Below, piece by piece: positions 58,142 through 64,000 of a DNA stretch of 64,000 nt. The DNA is from an uncultured bacterium (GTDB taxonomy: Bacteria; Patescibacteriota; Minisyncoccia; Phycocordibacterales; CAIJYI01). The position numbers and the translations under genes were made by a program. The stretch covers positions 18,684 to 82,683 of the forward strand of contig CAIJYI010000037.1 of assembly GCA_903824855.1 (NCBI GenBank), read 5' to 3'. The notes below the pieces were generated by a model. The model made no database searches. It saw only the letters and a list, made by a program, of their open reading frames with translations, and was not told where the DNA came from. Every line of letters starts with the position of its first letter. Within the stretch, counting starts at the first letter, position 1.

Positions 58142-59251
58142 ATGTTACAAATATTCATTTTTGCGCTTACCGCTGTCGGTATTATCGTCATTTCGCACTT
58201 TTTTCTCTACGTTTCGTTTGTTCAGTTTTTTACCATTGAATCGGCAAATATACGTCATATAATTGCGGGATTACTCATCTTTTTCCCCATTGGACTTATC
58301 GGAGTTCAGGTGCTTGCCCATTATTATGATACTACCTTTACCCGAGGACTTTTCTATTTTTTCAGTCTTTGGTTTGGTATTTTGACGGCACTTCTTACTA
58401 TATTCCTTCTCGCGTGGATTATTGTTGGGCTCGCAGGATTGTTTCATGTACTCATTCCCGGCCTTATCATTGGCGTTATTGCCTCACTTTTTACTCTAGG
58501 ATATACATCATATGGAATCTGGAATGCTTATAACCCGATAGTGAAACAGGTCACGGTAACAATAAAGAACCTTCCGTCAGAGTGGAAAGGAAAGAAAGTC
58601 GTGCAAATATCAGATGTTCATTTGGGATTTATTTGGGAAGAACGCTTTTTTGAAAAACTGATTTCCGATGTTAACAAAATAAAACCTGACGCGGTGTTTA
58701 TAACGGGCGATCTTTTTGATGGAACAGGAGACAAATTTGATTATGTCGCAAATGATCTTTCAAAAATTATTGCACCAAAAGGAAAATACTTTGTTACGGG
58801 GAATCATGAAACATATTTCGGAGTCGATAAATCCTATAATCTATTAAAAGGTTCCGGCGTTACAATATTAAAAGATGAAATGAAAGACGTTTCAGGTTTG
58901 CAGATTATTGGAGTAAGTTATGGAGAAAGAATGGAAAACAAAAACGTTTCCGCGGTCATTAGTAAATTGCAGGGTTACAACGAAAACGGCCCGTCCATTC
59001 TTCTCTACCACGAACCGGCACAAACGAAGGAAATAAAAGCTATGGGAATTAAACTTCAGCTTTCCGGACACACTCATGCCGGCCAGATATTCCCTTACGG
59101 TTTTATAACATCACTAGTTTATCCGGGAGTAGATTATGGACTTCACGTGTTTGGCGACTATTCTATCTATACATCAAGCGGTGCCGGTACCTGGGGCCCA
59201 ACCATGAGGGTCGGAACAAATTCAGAGATTGTCGTCATTACGCTTGAGTAG
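58142..59251 (+). CDS. Membrane-bound metallophosphoesterase (calcineurin-like)
   Basis: N-terminal TM helices. Motifs DVHLG, GDLFDG, GNHE and GHTHAGQ. Confidence 0.8.
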   Translation: MLQIFIFALTAVGIIVISHFFLYVSFVQFFTIESANIRHIIAGLLIFFPIGLIGVQVLAHYYDTTFTRGLFYFFSLWFGILTALLTIFLLAWIIVGLAGLFHVLIPGLIIGVIASLFTLGYTSYGIWNAYNPIVKQVTVTIKNLPSEWKGKKVVQISDVHLGFIWEERFFEKLISDVNKIKPDAVFITGDLFDGTGDKFDYVANDLSKIIAPKGKYFVTGNHETYFGVDKSYNLLKGSGVTILKDEMKDVSGLQIIGVSYGERMENKNVSAVISKLQGYNENGPSILLYHEPAQTKEIKAMGIKLQLSGHTHAGQIFPYGFITSLVYPGVDYGLHVFGDYSIYTSSGAGTWGPTMRVGTNSEIVVITLE

Positions 59252-59316
59252 CCCAATTTTATTGACAGTATTTATAAAATGAATTAATGTATTTTATGGA
59301 AAAAGGAGAAAATAAT

Positions 59317-60063
59317 ATGAATCAAAACGAAACACAGCAAAAAAAGATCACTATTTTTGAAGAACAAAATGAAACGCTTCAAAAAATCAAAAAAGAGGGC
59401 TTTGTAAAATATACAGGTTCCCTCGAAAAGCTTTCCGACTCTTTTGTTTTGAAAGACGGTGCTATTCGTTGTATTGATGAAGGAACGCCCGGTGGAATGC
59501 ATTCAGCGGGGAGCGGTATTTTGAGAAACCAATCAGAGGTAGTGGATGCTTTTAAAAATGCGGGAGTCACTGAAATTACGAGTCATGACGGATGCGGAGC
59601 GGCAAAACTGTACGCAAAAGCAAATGGTCTCGACGAATCAAAGGCTGATGAATATGGAAAAAAATGGTCCGAGGAAATCGCAAAACAATTGGGGGTCCCT
59701 CATCAACATATTTCCGCAAGTGAAATGAAGAGACCAAGTGAATTTCATATCGCAAGAACAGTCTACTATGACGGAACCGGAAAATTCGATTTCGGAGAGG
59801 GAAAAGAACTCCCTCCCGGTTTTATCATCAGCAGAAAAATTCAAACCAAAGATGATTCTCTTAAAGAAACCGAAGTTGCCTTAAGTATCGCTTTTGGACA
59901 CCACGGATTTTCCGACCTTATCACAGATGAGAATCCTTTCATTTTAGTCGCGATTGGAGAAACGGCAGAAGATACCGAACGGCTAAAGAAAGAGCTTGCG
60001 GAAGTCACCCATGAATATGACAAAAAAGTAATCATCGACGGATTTACTGCACCCTCTTTTTAA
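59317..60063 (+). CDS. Hypothetical protein, weak beta-carbonic-anhydrase-like Cys/His pattern
   Basis: AAGGAG RBS upstream of the ATG at 59317. Pattern CIDEG...SHDGCGAA. The resemblance is weak. Confidence 0.5.
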   Translation: MNQNETQQKKITIFEEQNETLQKIKKEGFVKYTGSLEKLSDSFVLKDGAIRCIDEGTPGGMHSAGSGILRNQSEVVDAFKNAGVTEITSHDGCGAAKLYAKANGLDESKADEYGKKWSEEIAKQLGVPHQHISASEMKRPSEFHIARTVYYDGTGKFDFGEGKELPPGFIISRKIQTKDDSLKETEVALSIAFGHHGFSDLITDENPFILVAIGETAEDTERLKKELAEVTHEYDKKVIIDGFTAPSF

Positions 60064-60175
60064 TCTGTCGCGGAACAGAGCAATAAACAATATTTGGTGA
60101 TTTTTTCTTCTTGACAAAAGCACAAACCATTGCTATTCTGCAATCAGAAACAGTTCCCAAATTTAGGAGGTTCAA

Positions 60176-60475
60176 ATGAAAAAAGGTCTGTTAACACTGC
60201 TCTCGGCAGTCGCTATTGTTGCGCTCATTCAGCTCAATCCGTCTTGTACGGAAACGCAAAAAATTGACGGTACCATTACGGCTGTTCTTCCGATAAATGC
60301 CAAATATATTAGCGTCGTCCACAACGACAAAAATGGTGTTCCTCGTACCGAACAGGTTTTTCACAGCCAGACAGTCACCGACGGAATAACAACAGTTAAC
60401 CCGCATGATTATATTCCCCAATATTGTAAAACGGAATGCAAATCATATGGAGACATCATTCCAAAGCTGTTCTGA
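60176..60475 (+). CDS. Small secreted protein
   Basis: AGGAGG RBS. Signal peptide MKKGLLTLLSAVAIVALI. Confidence 0.55.
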   Translation: MKKGLLTLLSAVAIVALIQLNPSCTETQKIDGTITAVLPINAKYISVVHNDKNGVPRTEQVFHSQTVTDGITTVNPHDYIPQYCKTECKSYGDIIPKLF

Positions 60476-60504
60476 GACAACTATCACAAAGAAACATTAA
60501 GAAA

Positions 60505-60541
60505 AATCCGACGACTCATTACGAGTCGTCGGTGTTTTTTA
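60505..60541. terminator. Bidirectional rho-independent terminator
   Basis: Hairpin ccgacgactc-attac-gagtcgtcgg followed by TTTTTT. Confidence 0.8.
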
Positions 60542-61498
60542 TAAAATCAGATTAAACAAATATCCGGTCACGATAATTCCCAAACCTACTACTCCAAAAT
60601 AGAGAGCCAAGAGTTTTGGTTTTAAAACATTTCGCAAGATAATCATCTCGGGTAATGAAAGAGCGGTGACGGACATCATAAAAGCAAGCGCTGTGCCCAT
60701 CGGTAAACCTTTTTCAACGAGTGAGCGAACGATTGGAATTGTTCCTGCAGCATTTGAGTAGAGAGGAATACCAATTAAAACAACGATAATCACGGCGAAT
60801 GGATTACTCGCACTCGCATACGTCGCAAGAAAATCATTAGGTAAATATCCATGAATTAAGGCGCCGAGAGCCACACCGATCATGACGTAAGGAAATACTT
60901 TTAGTACTAAATCCTTTGTGTAGTAGTAAGAAGTGAGCAAACGATTATTTATAGTTTGTTTAACTTCGTCTTCCTCTTCCGATTTGAATTTCCATACATA
61001 TTCTTCCACTAAATGTTCCAGTTTCATTTTTCCAAAAATGACACCTGCGACGATCGCCAGGAGCACTCCGGAAAAAACGTACAAAAGGGCAATTTTCCAA
61101 CCGAACATTCCAAACAAAAGCACGACGGCAATTTCGTTCACCATTGGCGCAGAAATGAGGTAGGAAAACGTCACACCAAGTGGTACGCCCGCTTCTAACA
61201 GCCCAATAAACAAAGGCACAGCGGAGCACGAGCAGAAAGGCGTAATAACACCGAGCAATGATGCGAGAATATTTCCCACAATCGAAAATCGATTGGAGAG
61301 CAATCTCCTTATTTTTTGCGCAGGTAAATATGACCGAATAAACGTAATCGTGAAGATGATGGCAATAAGAAGCAAACCGATTTTAACACTATCATAAATG
61401 AAAAAGTGTAATGCTCCATACAAAACATCATTTGGTGAAACTGACGTAAAAGATAGCACAAAATCAGCAAATTTTTCTATCGGATAGAAAATAGACAT
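60539..61498 (-). CDS. Permease, DUF318/YraQ-like, with conserved CxC motif
   Basis: TPFCSCSAVP motif. Polytopic. Downstream of arsR and the thioredoxin-like gene. Confidence 0.7.
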   Translation of the reverse strand: MSIFYPIEKFADFVLSFTSVSPNDVLYGALHFFIYDSVKIGLLLIAIIFTITFIRSYLPAQKIRRLLSNRFSIVGNILASLLGVITPFCSCSAVPLFIGLLEAGVPLGVTFSYLISAPMVNEIAVVLLFGMFGWKIALLYVFSGVLLAIVAGVIFGKMKLEHLVEEYVWKFKSEEEDEVKQTINNRLLTSYYYTKDLVLKVFPYVMIGVALGALIHGYLPNDFLATYASASNPFAVIIVVLIGIPLYSNAAGTIPIVRSLVEKGLPMGTALAFMMSVTALSLPEMIILRNVLKPKLLALYFGVVGLGIIVTGYLFNLIL

Positions 61499-61510
61499 AC
61501 TATTTATTCC

Positions 61511-61801
61511 TTATTTATTATCAAGAAGAATTTTTTTAATCTTCTCTTTTTTTACTTCTTCCGGTTCAATTTCAAACCCGGTCATAACAACTTTTCCACG
61601 AATAGTGATTACGGGGGTTTTGAGAACATTCAGCTTCAAAACTTCCTTAATATCAGGAACATACGTGATATTTTCAGTAATCCCAGCATCTTTTGCGACA
61701 CGAGAAACGAGATTAAAAAGTTTTTTACAAGTCGGGCAACCTGAACCGAGGACTTTAATATCCATCGGGATTGTTTCGCTTTTTTCAATTTCCTCAATCA
61801 T
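61511..61801 (-). CDS. Thioredoxin-fold redox-active disulfide protein (CxxC)
   Basis: MDIKVLGSGCPTCKK pattern. Start ambiguous (61801 or 61765). Confidence 0.65.
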   Translation of the reverse strand: MIEEIEKSETIPMDIKVLGSGCPTCKKLFNLVSRVAKDAGITENITYVPDIKEVLKLNVLKTPVITIRGKVVMTGFEIEPEEVKKEKIKKILLDNK

Positions 61802-61812
61802 GTTTTTTTCCT

Positions 61813-62082
61813 TTACAGTTTTTCCAAAAATTCTTGTAAACCACTGAAACTTTTTTTGTTTAAAGAATAATGTACCCATTTGCCCTCCTTTCGAGTCATA
61901 ATCAGATTATTTTTTCGTAACGCGCCCAAATGGTAAGATACCAAATTTTGAGGCAATTTTAGATGTTTCAATATCCCGCAAACACATTTTTCACCCGTCG
62001 AAAGATACTGAATAATTTGTATTCTTTCCTTTCCTCCGAGAACCTTAAATGCCTGTGCGATTGTTTTGTTATTCATATACAT
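61813..62082 (-). CDS. arsR: ArsR/SmtB-family transcriptional regulator
   Basis: Winged-helix protein with a metal-site-like EKCVCGIL motif. First gene of the arsR, thioredoxin-like, permease operon. Confidence 0.7.
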   Translation of the reverse strand: MYMNNKTIAQAFKVLGGKERIQIIQYLSTGEKCVCGILKHLKLPQNLVSYHLGALRKNNLIMTRKEGKWVHYSLNKKSFSGLQEFLEKL

Positions 62083-62132
62083 ATCAAAGAACTTTGATAT
62101 GTATAATACTAGCACAATCATTTTTTATGTCA

Positions 62133-62170
62133 AGAAAAAACCGCCCCGATAATTTGGGGCGGTGTATTTT
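62133..62170 (-). terminator. Rho-independent terminator for the ALDH gene
   Basis: Hairpin accgccccga-taat-ttggggcggt with a T-run on the minus strand. Confidence 0.75.
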
Positions 62171-63741
62171 TAACTCTGTACGAGAGGAGCCGAAAAATCA
62201 ATAGGGCCAACGTCTTTGATGATACATCTTGGACTGCTCCAAGTGTTGATTATCGCTTGCGGAGTACCGATACCGGCACCGCGAGGGTCGCCACTTGGGC
62301 CAAACCAATGATTTTGCGGAGCGCCTGTCGTGCGAGCGCGCATACCTGCATAAGTTGTACCGTTTACGGTTGCACCGAGGACTTTGTTAATAAAAACAGG
62401 GTCATCGGAAACCACAGCTGCGGTCAAATGATTTTCCATGCGTTCGCATGCTTCCAAAATAAGAGGAAGTTCTTCGTCAGAATAGGTAGTGATTACTTGG
62501 ACTGGACCGAAAACTTCTGATGTTACCCGCCTCCAATATTTTTCCGATAATATTTTTTTAATCGGCACATATACGGCGGTCGGTTCTATCGCTCCATAAC
62601 ATTGCGGAATGTTATGATCTATAAGTGGTTTACCTCCAAAGACAAGATAAGCACCGGGAATTTCGAGAAGTCTTTTTATATGTTCAAGCATTGCTTTTGT
62701 GTTCCAAGTCAACACCGGACCAATCGTCAAATTTTTCAAATTTCGAGTTGCCGCCAAGTCTTTCAGTCTATAAAACAAACTTTGTTCTTTCCATTTTTTG
62801 TGTACAAAAAGGATTGATGTTGCTGAACATTTTTGTCCGCTCGCCGCATACGCATCTTGGTCACATTGCCAGGCTACATAATCAAGATTTTCTTTTTTGT
62901 AATCAGATCCGAGAATTTTCCAATCAAAGCCCGCGTCTTCAATCCGCACTTTTCCGCGCATAATCTGCGAAATTTCTTCTGCAACTTTACTGGAACCGGT
63001 GAATTGAACAAGACGAATGATATCATTCCCTTGTTTCAGTAATTCGTTCATTACTGAACCGCTACAATGAATCAAATCAACATCTTCTGTCGGTAATCCG
63101 CACCAATGAAGTAGTGATATAAATTGATCAAGTACGGGTTCTACCGTCCTTGCGGTTTTGATGAGAGGTTTATTTCCCATATAGAGTGCACCCATAAGTT
63201 GAAGTGCCGGAATCTCGATCGGAAAATTAAACGGTGCAATGATTACTACCGGCCCGTATGGCCATTGATAATCTTGCGGTTGTTGCCCAAAATGATCGCC
63301 CGGGGTTGTCTTCCCTGTTGCTAAAAATCGTACCTGATCGCCACAGAAATTTTTCAAAAACTGTTTTGTCACATTTACTTCGCCGAGCGCTTGTATATAT
63401 GATTTTGGCATCACACTCTGAACGAGTTTTGCAAAATAATCAGCGACTTTTGGATCTTCCAGTGCCATCGCGGCTTTGAAGGAAACTTCGCTGAGCATTT
63501 TATAACGCTCAACATTTTTTATCGGATTATGAAGTCCGCTTTTCGGACACTTCGCCAATGATTTTAAAAATGGCGTAATTTCGTCAATTTTTGTATCGGG
63601 TTGTTCATACAAAGGCGTACCATCGAGCGGGTTTATGATAAAAGCGGTTTTTGCCGTATTTACATACTCCCCGTCAATAATGTTGCAGGGATGATTCAGA
63701 TCATCTTTCAGAGCTCTCAATAAATCATCATAATTTGACAT
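62170..63741 (-). CDS. Aldehyde dehydrogenase family protein, ALDH4/1-pyrroline-5-carboxylate-dehydrogenase-like
   Basis: FTGSSKVAEEI, catalytic GQKCSATS, and a C-terminal region resembling the ALDH4A1 tail (ARTTGAPQNHWFGPSGDPRGAG...INTWSSP). Confidence 0.75.
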   Translation of the reverse strand: MSNYDDLLRALKDDLNHPCNIIDGEYVNTAKTAFIINPLDGTPLYEQPDTKIDEITPFLKSLAKCPKSGLHNPIKNVERYKMLSEVSFKAAMALEDPKVADYFAKLVQSVMPKSYIQALGEVNVTKQFLKNFCGDQVRFLATGKTTPGDHFGQQPQDYQWPYGPVVIIAPFNFPIEIPALQLMGALYMGNKPLIKTARTVEPVLDQFISLLHWCGLPTEDVDLIHCSGSVMNELLKQGNDIIRLVQFTGSSKVAEEISQIMRGKVRIEDAGFDWKILGSDYKKENLDYVAWQCDQDAYAASGQKCSATSILFVHKKWKEQSLFYRLKDLAATRNLKNLTIGPVLTWNTKAMLEHIKRLLEIPGAYLVFGGKPLIDHNIPQCYGAIEPTAVYVPIKKILSEKYWRRVTSEVFGPVQVITTYSDEELPLILEACERMENHLTAAVVSDDPVFINKVLGATVNGTTYAGMRARTTGAPQNHWFGPSGDPRGAGIGTPQAIINTWSSPRCIIKDVGPIDFSAPLVQS

Positions 63742-63907
63742 AATCTTCTCCTTTTACCCACCGTAGCTCGCTAGCGACGACAGGCTTTCTTGTTGTTAAA
63801 GTACCCATTTCCTATTCCTATACTGCATAATTTATACGGTTATGTCAATCTGTTTTATCATATATTTATGATATAGTTTCGAGAGATTACATAAGGGGAG
63901 AGTACCA

Positions 63908-64000
63908 ATGAACAAGATAAAATGGGCATTTCTTTTAATATTTATTATATTAATGGGGTGTGCGACAACACGAATAGATTATGGTGGTAATTTGGGTGAA
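63908..64000 (+). CDS. Lipoprotein, 3' partial (runs off window end)
   Basis: AAGGGGAG RBS. MNKIKWAFLLIFIILMGCATT has a lipobox LMGC. Confidence 0.5.
   Translation, partial: MNKIKWAFLLIFIILMGCATTRIDYGGNLGE

Overview
This is a low-GC bacterial chromosomal window, about 64 kb. Most genes are short and gene-dense, and many are bracketed by clean hairpin-plus-T-run terminators. The content looks like a reduced-genome, Patescibacteria/CPR-like organism; that attribution is an inference from gene content.

Housekeeping genes I recognise with confidence are pyrG, recJ, rnhA, pgk, tpiA, rpsO, nusA, clpP, rny, hup, alr, tig, pfk, a membrane H+-pyrophosphatase, a malic enzyme, an ABC-F ATPase, and a Xer-type tyrosine recombinase.

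Two type IV pilus gene sets dominate the accessory content:
- Locus 1 (1-3950) has a 5'-truncated pilC followed by five pilin-like genes.
- Locus 2 (18727-28805) runs pilB, pilC, a 1051-aa pilin-like giant with tandem Ig-like repeats, a pseudopilin, a 513-aa membrane-anchored protein and two candidate major pilins.

The most unusual feature is a pair of homologous, roughly 140-bp elements, one downstream of tRNA-Leu (minus strand) and one downstream of tRNA-Ser (plus strand):
- Each is flanked by an inverted copy and a direct copy of its own tRNA's 3' end.
- Each is insulated by terminators on both sides.
- Three predicted internal hairpins are preserved between the two copies by compensatory base changes.
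- The two elements sit symmetrically around a 440-aa acidic hypothetical gene.

Other noteworthy structure:
- An iteron-like 9-mer repeat family occurs in two separate intergenic regions.
- The nusA leader contains a near-consensus promoter, a terminator-like hairpin and a telomere-like palindrome.
- The RNase HI carries a C-terminal hybrid-binding domain.
- The ComEC lacks its metallo-beta-lactamase domain.
- The trigger factor lacks its PPIase domain.

I saw no CRISPR array, no rRNA and no obvious prophage.
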